From positions 1,184,001-1,248,000 of the forward strand of contig OZ254086.1 of assembly GCA_965267575.1 (NCBI GenBank): a stretch of 64,000 nucleotides of DNA, in the 5' to 3' direction. The DNA comes from Calditrichales bacterium (GTDB taxonomy: Bacteria > Calditrichota > Calditrichia > Calditrichales > J004). The notes under the pieces were generated by a model, which ran no database searches, was not told where the DNA came from, and saw only the letters and a list, made by a program, of their open reading frames with translations. This document shows, in pieces, positions 1-10,442 of the stretch (the first letter of the stretch is position 1; each line of letters opens with the position of its first letter). The translations under genes were made by a program, and so were the position numbers.

Positions 1-1109
1 AAAATCTTACCGTCAAATGTAACCGCAAAAACATTGTTGATATCAGTACCACGAATTTTTGAAATTGCAAAGATATCTTTGAGTTCAAATGAAGTAATAC
101 TTTGATTACGATTTAATATGTGGGCGTTTTTGCCACCTATAAATACCTTTGATGAACTTTTAAACCAATGACTTACAACAAAGTCGCTAAATTTCAAAAC
201 TTCAATTTTCTCAATCTTTAAATCATTTAAAAAGATTAACTTATGATTATCTGCAATGGGATCGGTTATACTTACAATTAATTCTCGCTCCTCATTACCC
301 CATATGTCTCTGACGTTATAGTTTTGTGGGATTTGGACTTCATTAACTACACTACCGGCCACTTTAAGGAGAATTCCATTACCACCTACGTATATTTCGT
401 TCTTATCAAATCCAAAAATGTCGTCAATATATTCGCTATTTCCTTCCCATAGTAGGGTCGCTACTCCACCCCTCCATCTATATATATTATAACCTGTCAG
501 CCACACATCTTTTTTATTTGCTGCCCAAATTCCACCAACATTTGTTAACGGTACCGGTTCAGACCACCCTGCTTCATGCTTAACTTCTATATCTTCCCAT
601 AAGCCATTGTCGTACGACAAAATTGTAAATGGCCCGATAAGATTTCCCGCACTGTCTCGTTTTGTATAATCTCCTGTTACCCAAAAACTGTCCTCATCCC
701 AAATCAAACAGTCATTGAAGACGCCATCAAATACAAAACTGGATACTTCAAAATTTCTTTTTGTGGTGTCCATGGTGGTTACAGTCATGCGTTCGCTGCT
801 GTCGCCGCCTTTGCGGGCCCAGGCCGTGTAGCTGTAGGTTGTGGCCGGCTCAAGTCCTGTGTCATGGATCAGGGTATCGGCGCTGTGCAGCCTGCCTTCA
901 AAAATAATGGTCGTGTCCCGTTGCACAATGTAGGTGGCCTTGCGCTTCAGCGGGTTGCTGCTCAGGGTTATCCAGGTTTCGGTCACTTCGGCGTCCACAT
1001 CCAGAGTTAATTCCTGGTCCTTGAAAATGGACGGGCTCTCGGAACAGCCGGTTACAAGGATTAAAAACGGGATTAGAATTATGCAGGAAGGTATCAAACG
1101 GCATTTCAT
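1..1109 (-). CDS. Lipoprotein with N-terminal FN3-like domain and probable beta-propeller-like C-terminus (partial, runs off window start)
   Basis: Not in the ORF track because it has no stop in the window. Manual translation from ATG 1109: MKCRLIPSCIILIPFLILVTGC (lipobox), DTGLEPATTYSY...TTMDTT (FN3-like), then IW/IFG...VW/IYVGG repeats; frame appears open to position 1. Confidence 0.75.
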   Translation of the reverse strand, partial: MKCRLIPSCIILIPFLILVTGCSESPSIFKDQELTLDVDAEVTETWITLSSNPLKRKATYIVQRDTTIIFEGRLHSADTLIHDTGLEPATTYSYTAWARKGGDSSERMTVTTMDTTKRNFEVSSFVFDGVFNDCLIWDEDSFWVTGDYTKRDSAGNLIGPFTILSYDNGLWEDIEVKHEAGWSEPVPLTNVGGIWAANKKDVWLTGYNIYRWRGGVATLLWEGNSEYIDDIFGFDKNEIYVGGNGILLKVAGSVVNEVQIPQNYNVRDIWGNEERELIVSITDPIADNHKLIFLNDLKIEKIEVLKFSDFVVSHWFKSSSKVFIGGKNAHILNRNQSITSFELKDIFAISKIRGTDINNVFAVTFDGKI

Positions 1110-1298
1110 AAACAGGGCTTTCGTGTTGTGCCGTCCATGGCGGGTTAGATGCAGGCGGGGAAGGTTTGCTCATCTACGTAAGGACAATACCTATATGCTA
1201 TCTGAAAAGCAAGCATTATTTAGGTTGTTTTTAACTGTTATTATGTTTCGTATTGTACGCAAACTATACGCCGCTATACACATCACGGAAAGTCAGGC

Positions 1299-1334
1299 AA
1301 AAAAAAACGCTCCCATCATTTTGACGGGAGCGTT
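1299..1334 (-). terminator. Rho-independent terminator after amidase gene
   Basis: Minus strand AACGCTCCCGTCA-AAA-TGATGGGAGCGTT followed by T-run. Confidence 0.75.
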
Positions 1335-1383
1335 GGAGTCACAAAATCTGTGTTTCCTGTTTTTGCTGCCGGAGAACGATCGC

Positions 1384-4062
1384 CTACTTCACCAGAACCA
1401 TCTTGCGCGTTTGAACAAAAGCCCCGGTCTGAAGGCGGTAGTAATAAATACCGCTGGCCAGGCCTTTGCCGTCAAAGCGGACGACGTGCGAGCCGGCTTC
1501 TTTGGGCGCGTCAATCAGTATTGCTACACGCCGGCCCAGGATGTCGAACACTTCCAGTTTTACATTGGCGGCCATGGGCAGCTCAAAGCCAATTTTTGTT
1601 GCCGGGTTAAACGGATTCGGGTAATTGGCGTGCAATTCAACGCTGCGCACGGTGGCCACAGCCGGATCATCCAGCCCGGTCACCACGTCGTATTGCCCGT
1701 CTTCCACAAAGATGTTTGATATTGCCTCACCATCAGCAGCGCGGCGCAGGGCAATGGATGTCCATACCGGGGCCCCCTGCGAGCCATCCAGGTCAAAGCG
1801 CAGCAGTTTCCAGCCGCTGAAATCGATGGCCGTTTTATATGTCAGCGTGTCTCCGCCCTGCGCGAAGGCCAGCTCCAGGTGGTTTTTGCTGTAATCACCA
1901 AAAACCCAGACACCGAATTCGGTCACCGTGCTGGTGGGAACCACAATGCCGCTGTCGTGGCCAACGAAAGCATATGCGCTGTCCTGTGTAAAGGTGGTGT
2001 AGAAACGGCCCGATGTTCCGCTCATTCTTTCCAGGCTGGAAAGGCCAAAGGTGCTAAGCGCGCTGTCGATGCCGTAGGTCTTGTCGCTCTCTTGCGGCTT
2101 TTTCCAGCCGGTCGTTGTATTAAAGTTCTCCACGATCGTTCCGGAAACGTATGTTTCCGTATCCGTCGTAAAGGTGATCTCCACCGTATCGAGCAGCGAA
2201 AGGCCGTCTTCATCCTGGATACCGGGCAGCAGGCGTGCCAGATAGGTTCTTCCCGCTTCCATGCCTGTGCGAGGTTCAAAGCGTAGCGCCGTACGGGTGC
2301 CGCGTTGTTCCAGCTTCCAGGAACGCACCACAAGCTGGTCGCCGTTCACTTCAAACATTTCGACTTTATTGACCACGCTGTTGGCATCCACGATCGCGCC
2401 GAACATAAACACCACTTCAGCCATCGTACCGATGCCGCCGGCTCCATCCGCAGGGAATGATTCCAGCACAACCACTTCGTTGAATTTGCGGGTGCGGAAC
2501 TCATAAACAAACGTGTCCGCCAAGCCTACATAAAAAGAGTTAAGCGCACTGTCGCTTAATGTGATCGTGTAATGCGTATTGGCCTGCAGCAGCGAATCCG
2601 GGTTAAACACCAGCCGGGTATCGCCGTCATACCACTGGAAATTGCCTTCAGCCTGCGGCTCGATCGTAAATGCTTTGCGCACGGCATCGCGGTTCATGGC
2701 CTGGTCGAAGACAATCTCCACGTTACGGTCGATGGGAATGCTGTCATTTTGCGCGGGCTTGGTGGAAAGCACCACGGGACGCACATGCTGCGCCGCCGTT
2801 GTAAAAGCAAAGCTAAAATCTTCGCCCAGCACCTGGCCGTTAGAGCCTTTGGCGCTGCTGTCCACGGTTACCGTGTACTGCGTGGCGGTGTTAAAGGCGC
2901 TGTCGGGCGTAAATACCATTATGCGATTGCCTTCACGCCAGCTTAAGTTGCCGGCCCGGTACGGCGCAATCGACAAGGCCTGCACCACCGACGAGGTGTT
3001 CATGCTCTGGCTGAAGGTAATCTCAAAGCTGCTGTAAGTGCCGATGTTGCCGGCCCCTTCCTGCGGATTGGTACCAAACACGCGTGGGCTTTTGTTGCCG
3101 GTTTTGGCGGGAAACAACTCTTTAAAAGCAGTGCGGTTGGCTGTAACTGTCACGGCAACGGTATCAGCCACGTATTCGCCATAATCCACAATCAGCGTGT
3201 AGTCGCCCGTATCGACGGAATCAAAGACAAAGTAGCCGTTGTTGTTAAAGTCGCCCTTAAACGTGCGCAGCAACGAATCCTCCTGGTAGAGCGAAGCGAG
3301 CACATTATTTATGGGTACAAAGCGGTCATTGGGCAGAGATGTGTTGTAGCCGTAAGATGTCAACCGCGTGTTGTCGCGGGCGATACCGGCCACGGCGCCG
3401 TAATCCAGATCGGGCAGTTCAAAATAGTCCAGCATAGCACGCAGCATGGCCACGGCTTCATGGCGCCGGTAATCATGATTTTGCAGGCGCCACGATTCAT
3501 TCACATAGTCATGGAAGGAGCCTTCGGAAAGCGTGCCGGGCATTTCCAGGTTGCGCAACACACCGAGGTTGAATCCCAGGAAAGAGTAATCGCCGCGGGT
3601 GTAAGTGGTGGTTGTATAGTTTACATGATGCAGCTCCGGCCCCATGATGTCGCACATAACTTTCGCCAGGGCAAATTCGGGCGTACCGTTTGTGCCCGGT
3701 ATTTCTTCATACAACATCAACGTATAGTTGGCATTGGCATTGGCGGCGTTGCTGTGGATGGAATGGAAAAAATCCACATTGTTCTCATTGGCGATCGCCG
3801 AGATCTGCGACAGGGGCAGATCGTCTTCGGTGCGGTTTTGCGTACGCGACATAACCACTTCGGCGCCACGCGCTTCCAGCAGGTCACGCAGGTGCAGCCC
3901 CTTGGTCAGGTTCCCTTCGGATTCCCAGAATCCCGTCGCCGGGATATAGCGGTCGTTGGAATCGTTTCCGCCGTGCCCGGGGTTGACCATGATCTTCACC
4001 CCTTCAAACTGGGCAAAAAGCGGCGCCGTAAAAAACAGTAATAATAAAAGTCCCTTTTTCAT
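1384..4062 (-). CDS. N-acetylmuramoyl-L-alanine amidase (Amidase_3) with Ig-like (Big_5/SbsA) repeats and C-terminal secretion sorting domain
   Basis: Signal peptide; NPGHGG, E, SIHSNA and LSEGSFH Zn-amidase motifs; three P.V....P...I.F...M Ig repeats; NYPNPFNPATKI...LASGIYYYRL tail. Confidence 0.85.
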   Translation of the reverse strand: MKKGLLLLLFFTAPLFAQFEGVKIMVNPGHGGNDSNDRYIPATGFWESEGNLTKGLHLRDLLEARGAEVVMSRTQNRTEDDLPLSQISAIANENNVDFFHSIHSNAANANANYTLMLYEEIPGTNGTPEFALAKVMCDIMGPELHHVNYTTTTYTRGDYSFLGFNLGVLRNLEMPGTLSEGSFHDYVNESWRLQNHDYRRHEAVAMLRAMLDYFELPDLDYGAVAGIARDNTRLTSYGYNTSLPNDRFVPINNVLASLYQEDSLLRTFKGDFNNNGYFVFDSVDTGDYTLIVDYGEYVADTVAVTVTANRTAFKELFPAKTGNKSPRVFGTNPQEGAGNIGTYSSFEITFSQSMNTSSVVQALSIAPYRAGNLSWREGNRIMVFTPDSAFNTATQYTVTVDSSAKGSNGQVLGEDFSFAFTTAAQHVRPVVLSTKPAQNDSIPIDRNVEIVFDQAMNRDAVRKAFTIEPQAEGNFQWYDGDTRLVFNPDSLLQANTHYTITLSDSALNSFYVGLADTFVYEFRTRKFNEVVVLESFPADGAGGIGTMAEVVFMFGAIVDANSVVNKVEMFEVNGDQLVVRSWKLEQRGTRTALRFEPRTGMEAGRTYLARLLPGIQDEDGLSLLDTVEITFTTDTETYVSGTIVENFNTTTGWKKPQESDKTYGIDSALSTFGLSSLERMSGTSGRFYTTFTQDSAYAFVGHDSGIVVPTSTVTEFGVWVFGDYSKNHLELAFAQGGDTLTYKTAIDFSGWKLLRFDLDGSQGAPVWTSIALRRAADGEAISNIFVEDGQYDVVTGLDDPAVATVRSVELHANYPNPFNPATKIGFELPMAANVKLEVFDILGRRVAILIDAPKEAGSHVVRFDGKGLASGIYYYRLQTGAFVQTRKMVLVK

Positions 4063-4066
4063 ACCC

Positions 4067-4966
4067 TTACTCCTTTACAATTTCAATTTTATAAATCACC
4101 CCGGACTCCGTGCCCAAAACAATAAAATCGTTTTGCGGACTCCAGTAAGGGTAGAGTTCAATTTGATCTTCGGTTTGAGTTACGGCAATGGTTTTGGTGC
4201 CATTGGCCGCGGTGACAAATATATCTGATGCCAGAAGGCGGTGGCCGTCATCGTGGTCCTTCATATAGATGATCCAGTTGCCATCGGCCGACCAGCGCGG
4301 GGCGTTGGCGTAGCCCAGATCCACAAGAATATTGCCATCCAGATCGCTGATGTATGTGCCTTCACCGGCTTTGGTAAACAGCAGCTTTGTGCCGTCCGGT
4401 GAAACCGATGGCCAGATGTAGTGTCCTTCGCCGCGCGGTGTCAGGGCATTTTCAGCGCCGTCACGGCTCACAACGATATTGCTGTTATCGATATAGGCAA
4501 AGGCTGCGTCAGCTTCGCCGGGCTGCTCCAACACCCGCCGTGTTCCGTTTTGCAGCAGCACCATGCCGCCTTCCTGAACGGGCTGCAGACGGCCGGCTTC
4601 ACGTTCGTTTTCAAAAACCGTTTCTTTTTGCGCCGTTGCCAGATCATAGCGGTACATGCTGAAAAAGCGCCGCGGACCCTGGTATTTATATGTCCGGTAA
4701 TAAAGCGCTGAGCCGTCACCCGAAAAGGCGGCGTCATAGCCTGCGCCACGCTCTTCCGTCAGGGTGACCACTTCTCCTTCACTATTGAGATAATAGAGTC
4801 CCTTGTAATTGGGCTGCGTAAAGAAAACGCGCCCGTCCGGACTGACAAAAGGATGGCTGAAGTCGCCCTGTTCAACCGTGGTTAGCGCCTGCGGACTAGA
4901 AAAAGTAATATTTTGTGCATGCGCTAAACTCAATAAAAACAATAATCCAACTAAAATAAATCGCAT
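4067..4966 (-). CDS. Secreted TolB-like beta-propeller (PD40 repeats)
   Basis: Signal peptide MRFILVGLL; PFVSPDG, PSVSPDGTKLLF, PRWSADG, PYWSP repeats. Confidence 0.8.
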   Translation of the reverse strand: MRFILVGLLFLLSLAHAQNITFSSPQALTTVEQGDFSHPFVSPDGRVFFTQPNYKGLYYLNSEGEVVTLTEERGAGYDAAFSGDGSALYYRTYKYQGPRRFFSMYRYDLATAQKETVFENEREAGRLQPVQEGGMVLLQNGTRRVLEQPGEADAAFAYIDNSNIVVSRDGAENALTPRGEGHYIWPSVSPDGTKLLFTKAGEGTYISDLDGNILVDLGYANAPRWSADGNWIIYMKDHDDGHRLLASDIFVTAANGTKTIAVTQTEDQIELYPYWSPQNDFIVLGTESGVIYKIEIVKE

Positions 4967-5078
4967 ATTTTTTCTCCTGCGTACTAAAAAGTGGAATAAA
5001 CCGATCACCCAAAAGTTATACGTTCCGTCTAATTTAATTGAACTTGTCTAATTTTCGTACAACTTAAGGAGATGTGTC

Positions 5079-5765
5079 ATGATTCGACGTTTTTCTTTTC
5101 TGCTCCTGCTGGGAGCTTTTGTTTTCACCGCTGCCTGCTCTGAGGATGATAATAACGATCCTGTAAGCGGTAATGATCCGATGGCCCGTGTTTTAGTTGG
5201 CCATGCTTCGCCGGATGCACCGGCTGTTGATCTGTTGGTTGACGACAATGTTGCCGGAAGCGGCCTTGCTTTCCCCAACAACACCGGCTACCTGAGTGTA
5301 GATGCCGGAACACGTAACATTAAGGTTAACGTGACCGGCACCACCACCACGGTCATTGAAGCCGACCTGACGCTGGAAGCTGATAAAGCGTACTCCGTTT
5401 TCGCAACGGACAGTGTAGCCAGCATTTCACCAATCGTGATTGAAGACGATCTGAGCACCCCGGCTTCCGGCAAAGCGCATGTTCGCTTTATCCATCTTTC
5501 GCCCAACGCTCCGGCTGTAGATATCACGCTGACAGATGGCACAGTGGTTTTTGGCAACACGGCTTTCCAGGCTTTTACGGCCTTTACGCCACTTGATGCC
5601 GGAACTTATGATCTGCAAGTGCGTGTAGCAGGAACTTCCACGGTGGTACTGAACCTGCCTGGTATCAGTTTTGCCGATGGTAAGATCTACACCGTTTTCG
5701 CCAAAGGATTTGTTGGCGGTAATGTAGAACAAGCACTGGGCGCTGAAATTATTTCAAACAACTAA
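5079..5765 (+). CDS. DUF4397 lipoprotein
   Basis: Lipobox TAAC; duplicated HASPDAPAVD / HLSPNAPAVD motifs. Confidence 0.85.
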   Translation: MIRRFSFLLLLGAFVFTAACSEDDNNDPVSGNDPMARVLVGHASPDAPAVDLLVDDNVAGSGLAFPNNTGYLSVDAGTRNIKVNVTGTTTTVIEADLTLEADKAYSVFATDSVASISPIVIEDDLSTPASGKAHVRFIHLSPNAPAVDITLTDGTVVFGNTAFQAFTAFTPLDAGTYDLQVRVAGTSTVVLNLPGISFADGKIYTVFAKGFVGGNVEQALGAEIISNN

Positions 5766-5787
5766 TCCTCAAATGCCCCCCTGAGGT

Positions 5788-5823
5788 AAGCCTGTCCGTT
5801 TATTCGACGGATGGGCTTTTTTT
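5788..5823 (+). terminator. Rho-independent terminator
   Basis: AAGCCTGTCCGT...ACGGATGGGCTT followed by T-run, just after the DUF4397 gene. Confidence 0.7.
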
Positions 5824-5877
5824 ATTAGCAGTTTGTTTAACTGCTGAACAAACATATCAAATATCGTAAATAGAAAC

Positions 5878-5908
5878 AAAAAAGCCCGATACATTTGGCG
5901 GGCTTTTT
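5878..5908. terminator. Bidirectional terminator-like hairpin
   Basis: AAAAAAGCCCG-loop-CGGGCTTTTT between convergent genes. Confidence 0.6.
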
Positions 5909-5961
5909 GATTTACGTGAACAGCGGCCCAAAGTGTGTCATTTTAAGGCTTGCAGAACAGC

Positions 5962-6624
5962 TCAGGAGCGGCCGGAAAATTTGGAGACGGCATCCGCAAA
6001 GGCAGATAATTTCAGGGGATCCAGACGGTCGTTGCTGCGGATGCCGCTGCAGATGTCCACGCCAAACGGCTGCACTTCCCGTAAAGCATTGCGCACATTG
6101 GATGGGTTGAGGCCCCCGGCAAGTAATACAGGTTTTTTAATGGTCTGAACAATACGCCGGCTGATCTGCCAGTTGTGGGTTTGGCCGGTTCCTCCCAGGG
6201 TTTTTTGCGCATCCGCGGGACGCCCCGAATCCAGCAACAACCAGTCGGCAAATTGCGCCACTCTGCGCGCTTCGGCCAGTGCGGTTTCATCCCAGACATG
6301 AAGCACGCCAACCAGTTTCACCGGGCCATCCAATGCCGCGCGCAGTTTTCGCCACTGCGCGTCCGTAAGCGTATCGCACAGTTGGATGGTGCTGGTGGAA
6401 CAACGCGCATGCTGCCGGGCAATTTGTTCTGCACCAGTCAGGCTCGTCAGCAGAAAAGTATCAAGGCGTCCCCTGTATTCTGCGGCCAGTTCGGCAATCA
6501 CGTCTTCGCTGATCACGCCCGGACCGCTGGGCATGGCAGAAACCAGGCCGATGGCATTTGCACCGGCTTTCCGCGCAAGCTCGGCTTCATCGCGGTTTTT
6601 TATGCAACATGTTTTGATGAACAT
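5962..6624 (-). CDS. trpF: Phosphoribosylanthranilate isomerase
   Basis: IKTCCI, LLLDS, GGTGQTHNW, LAGGLNPSNV, GVDICSGI motifs. Confidence 0.85.
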   Translation of the reverse strand: MFIKTCCIKNRDEAELARKAGANAIGLVSAMPSGPGVISEDVIAELAAEYRGRLDTFLLTSLTGAEQIARQHARCSTSTIQLCDTLTDAQWRKLRAALDGPVKLVGVLHVWDETALAEARRVAQFADWLLLDSGRPADAQKTLGGTGQTHNWQISRRIVQTIKKPVLLAGGLNPSNVRNALREVQPFGVDICSGIRSNDRLDPLKLSAFADAVSKFSGRS

Positions 6625-6837
6625 AGGCAAAGTGGATGGGTGAATTTTTGAATTGCTGAATGAATGAACTTTTTTGCGTTTTTAAACCAATTTGCCGCTA
6701 TCACGCAATATATTCTGAAACGAGTTCAGAATGACGACCATCGCATCATGCTGAATTTATTTCAGCGTCCCGGATCATGATCATGGCTCGCCTATACGCA
6801 CGTTAACACTTTAACACACCAACACCTTAACACCTTA

Positions 6838-8595
6838 TCAAATCCTCGCCTGGTAGGTGTAAAGCTGGTAATAGCGTCCTTCGTTTTTAATTAGATCTTC
6901 ATGCTTGCCGCGTTCCACGATCTCACCATTTTCGATGACGAGGATCTGGTCGGCGCGGCGGATGGTGCTGAGGCGGTGAGCGATGACGAATACCGTACGC
7001 CCCTTCATCAGAAATTCCAGCGATTGCTGGATGTATTTTTCACTCTCCGTGTCCAGGTTGGAAGTAGCTTCATCCAGGATAAGGATGCGCGGATTGGCCA
7101 GCAGCGCCCGGGCAATGGCCACACGCTGACGCTGTCCGCCGGAAAGCTTAACACCACGCTCACCGATCAGCGTGTTCAAACCCTTTTCAAAGCGGGCGGT
7201 AAATTCATCCACGTAGGCGGCCTTTACCGCTTCCTGTAATTCTTCTTCCGTAGCATCGGCGCGGGCAAACATAATATTTTCCCTGATCGTCCCCTCAAAC
7301 AGGAAATCATCCTGCAGGACAACACCGAGATACCTTCGGAAGCTGGGGAGCGTTACCGCGCTCAGGTCGCGGCCATCAATGCAGACGTTGCCGCTGTCCG
7401 GTGTCAGAAAAGATGCTGCCAGCCCGGCGATAGTGGTTTTTCCGGAGCCGGAACTGCCCACCAACGCCGTCACCGTGCCCGCCGGCGCGTCAAAGCTGAT
7501 ATCTTTGATAACATCATTTCCGGGTTCATAGGCAAAGCGCACGTTTTCAAATGACATATTGCCGTTTAACCCATCAAGCACAACGGTTCGTTTGGGATCG
7601 TCTTCTTCGCGTTCTTTACGCAGCAGATCTTCCATGCGGTCCAGGCCGGCAAAAGCCTCCGTGATCTGGCTGCCGATATTGCCCATCTGCACGATCGGCG
7701 CGATCATAAAACCGAGATAAAGCACGAACGCAAAAAAGTCACCGATCGTCATTTTACCTTCGATGATCATGTAGCCGCCCATGCCCATCACCGCAACGGA
7801 GGCAATACCCATCAGCATGGTGGCCGAGCTGGTAACAAGACTTGTCGTGGTCAGAGATTTTTTAACATTTTCAAAAAGGCGATCGGCTCCACGCTCAAAT
7901 ACTTTTTCTTCCTGCGTCTCAGCATTAAAGCCTTTGATAACGCGAATCCCGCCCAGCGATTCGGTAAGCCGGCCTGTGACGTCGGCATTGATCACACTAC
8001 GCTCTCGAAAAATGGGGCGTATGTAGCTGAACGATTTCAATGAGATCAGGCCAAAGATTGCCAGCGGGATAAATGAGACCAGCGTCATCCAGACGTTGAT
8101 ATTAAGCAGAATCACCAGCGCCACAATGGCCGTAAGGATACCGCCGAAAAGCTGCACCAAGCCGGTCCCGACCAGGTTGCGCACGCCTTCCGCATCACTC
8201 ATAATGCGCGATACCAGCGCTCCCGATTTGTTATTATCAAAAAAGCGCACGGGCAGACGCATCACCTGCTGTTGCACCTGTACCCGCAATTTAGCGATCA
8301 GGTTTTGTGCTTCCACGCTTAGCAGCTTTACCAACGCGTACGACGTGACAGCCTGTACGGCAACCGCCAGCAGCACGGCAATCAACAACCACTTAAAAAG
8401 CTCAAAGTCGGATTTGGCGATGACGTCATCGATGAGGTACTTGGATGAACCGGGCAAAACGAGACCGGCCAGGCGGTTGATAACGATCAGAACGAGGCCG
8501 GCAAAAAGCAGTTTGCGCCGCGGCCAGACAATTTTACGAAATGCGTAACGGATAGAGTTGACCCGGTCGCGGGTCGCGGAGGTTTCTGTGGACAT
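6838..8595 (-). CDS. ABC exporter, fused permease/ATPase (MsbA/Sav1866-like)
   Basis: TM domain; Walker A GSSGSGKT, LSGGQRQR, ILILDEATS. Confidence 0.92.
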   Translation of the reverse strand: MSTETSATRDRVNSIRYAFRKIVWPRRKLLFAGLVLIVINRLAGLVLPGSSKYLIDDVIAKSDFELFKWLLIAVLLAVAVQAVTSYALVKLLSVEAQNLIAKLRVQVQQQVMRLPVRFFDNNKSGALVSRIMSDAEGVRNLVGTGLVQLFGGILTAIVALVILLNINVWMTLVSFIPLAIFGLISLKSFSYIRPIFRERSVINADVTGRLTESLGGIRVIKGFNAETQEEKVFERGADRLFENVKKSLTTTSLVTSSATMLMGIASVAVMGMGGYMIIEGKMTIGDFFAFVLYLGFMIAPIVQMGNIGSQITEAFAGLDRMEDLLRKEREEDDPKRTVVLDGLNGNMSFENVRFAYEPGNDVIKDISFDAPAGTVTALVGSSGSGKTTIAGLAASFLTPDSGNVCIDGRDLSAVTLPSFRRYLGVVLQDDFLFEGTIRENIMFARADATEEELQEAVKAAYVDEFTARFEKGLNTLIGERGVKLSGGQRQRVAIARALLANPRILILDEATSNLDTESEKYIQQSLEFLMKGRTVFVIAHRLSTIRRADQILVIENGEIVERGKHEDLIKNEGRYYQLYTYQARI

Positions 8596-8790
8596 AATTT
8601 TTCCTGCGGAGATTGATACAAAGCCCTTTGATGTTCGTTCGGCTCAACAGTTGCATGGATTTTTCAGGAATTCCTTGTAAATTATAGATTTTACAAGATG
8701 AATGTGAACCCGTTTATTTGACCGCTGTTTTATTTTTTCTAAAATCGGTGGCTGTTAGTACGAATGCATTTTTAAAAAGATAAAGGAATT

Positions 8791-9606
8791 ATGAAAAGCG
8801 CAAAACTTATCACCCACAACGGGAAAGCCCACTTTGATGAATTTTTGGCGGTTGCCCTGATCCTGGCCGAACATGATGACACGCACTTTCACATCGAGCG
8901 CCGCGAACCCACGGAAGAGGAATTGGATAATCCCGATATATGGATCGTGGATATAGGCCAGCGTTACCAGCCGGAGCTGAAAAACTTTGATCATCACCAG
9001 GACACCTCACTGAAAGCCAGCTTTGTGCTGGTCGCCGAACACCTGCAAGTGGACCAGTATCTGCGTAACGCGCCCTGGTGGAGCTTCAAGGATGAAATCG
9101 ATCGCCGTGGCGGCTACAAGCTGGCCGATGAGCTGGGACTGGAATCATTGGAACCGCTAAACAGTCCGCTGGAAAATTTTATCCTTGGGCTGTTTGCCGA
9201 AAGTCCTCTCTCCGTCTACCAGCAGATGAAGATGTTTGGCAGGGACCAGATCGAGACCGGCAAAAAGATGGAGCAGCAGATCGAATTCTGGAAAACCTGC
9301 GAACAGTTCATGATTAAGGACAAAAAGGTGCTGCTGGGCCTGACCGACGAAACCATGGGCAGCGTGGAGTACTGCGAAAGCCTGGACGAGCCGCCGGCAG
9401 TGCGCATCACTTATGACGGGCGCGGCGAAGGCTGGAGCCTCTCCACGATAAAAGATGCCGAAGGTGTGGATTTCTCGCTGCTGGAAGGCCATGAAGAGAT
9501 TAAATTTGCCCACAAGAACGGCTTTATCGCCAAAACCAAAAAGCGCATCGCGCTGGAAGATGTGAAAAAGCTGGTGGAAAAAGCGATTGTAAACGGGCAT
9601 TCATAA
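8791..9606 (+). CDS. MYG1 family (UPF0160) metal-dependent hydrolase/exonuclease
   Basis: THNGKAHFDE, VDIG, FDHHQ, FAHKNGFIA motifs. Confidence 0.8.
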   Translation: MKSAKLITHNGKAHFDEFLAVALILAEHDDTHFHIERREPTEEELDNPDIWIVDIGQRYQPELKNFDHHQDTSLKASFVLVAEHLQVDQYLRNAPWWSFKDEIDRRGGYKLADELGLESLEPLNSPLENFILGLFAESPLSVYQQMKMFGRDQIETGKKMEQQIEFWKTCEQFMIKDKKVLLGLTDETMGSVEYCESLDEPPAVRITYDGRGEGWSLSTIKDAEGVDFSLLEGHEEIKFAHKNGFIAKTKKRIALEDVKKLVEKAIVNGHS

Positions 9607-9768
9607 GGAGCGTGAGATAGCCCGTATTCCTGTTTGGTAATTTTTTAATTGAAGCTTGCTTGTTATTTGTTTTTTTGGCATTTGGCATTTGCTATTTCAC
9701 ATACTTCTCGCTTTGGCGCTTAATTCGCAATTTTTCTATATTGCTTCGAAACACATGCGGAGCACAAT

Positions 9769-10428
9769 ATGAAGCGCATTCCAGAGCCACAATTAATGGA
9801 CATGGAAGAACAGGCCAGGGCCTATGCTATGGCCGATTTCAGCGACTCCAACACCCTGTTTGTAGATCTTTTCAAACGCACATTTCCAAAATTTAAGAAC
9901 GGCTTTATCATAGACCTGGGCTGTGGTCCGGGTGATATCACGCTGCGCCTGGCCCGTGCTTTTCCGGAGTGTTTTGTGCATGGCATCGATGGTTCCGCGG
10001 CCATGTTGCGCCACGCCGCCGAGCTTCTGCATCAGTCGCAGCACCTGGAAACACGCGTACGTTTTGTGGAAGCGATAATCCCGGAAGCCGCCATGCCGCA
10101 CACGCAGTACGACGCGATCGTAAGCAACAGCCTGCTTCACCATTTGCACAAACCGGAGCATTTCTGGCAAGCGGTAAAAGAGTACGGCAGGAAAGGCGCG
10201 CCAGTCTTTGTGATGGACCTGTTCCGGCCGGAAAATGAGGCACAGGCCCGCGCCATCTTGGAGCACTATGCCGCCAACGAATCGTCCATTCTGAAAGAAG
10301 ACTTCTACAACTCGCTGGTCGCGTCATTCAGCGAAAAAGAAATCAAGGCCCAGCTTAAAAGGGCCGGACTCAAGCTCAAAACCGGGATCGTCAGCGACCG
10401 GCACATCGCCGTTTTCGGTACACTCTAA
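9769..10428 (+). CDS. Class I SAM-dependent methyltransferase
   Basis: IDLGCGPGD, GIDGS, SNSLLHH. Confidence 0.88.
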   Translation: MKRIPEPQLMDMEEQARAYAMADFSDSNTLFVDLFKRTFPKFKNGFIIDLGCGPGDITLRLARAFPECFVHGIDGSAAMLRHAAELLHQSQHLETRVRFVEAIIPEAAMPHTQYDAIVSNSLLHHLHKPEHFWQAVKEYGRKGAPVFVMDLFRPENEAQARAILEHYAANESSILKEDFYNSLVASFSEKEIKAQLKRAGLKLKTGIVSDRHIAVFGTL

Positions 10429-10442
10429 ATAACAGGCTTTAG

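Noticed and set aside
934-1719. 261-aa plus-strand ORF
   Set aside because: Antisense shadow of the lipoprotein and amidase genes, no motifs
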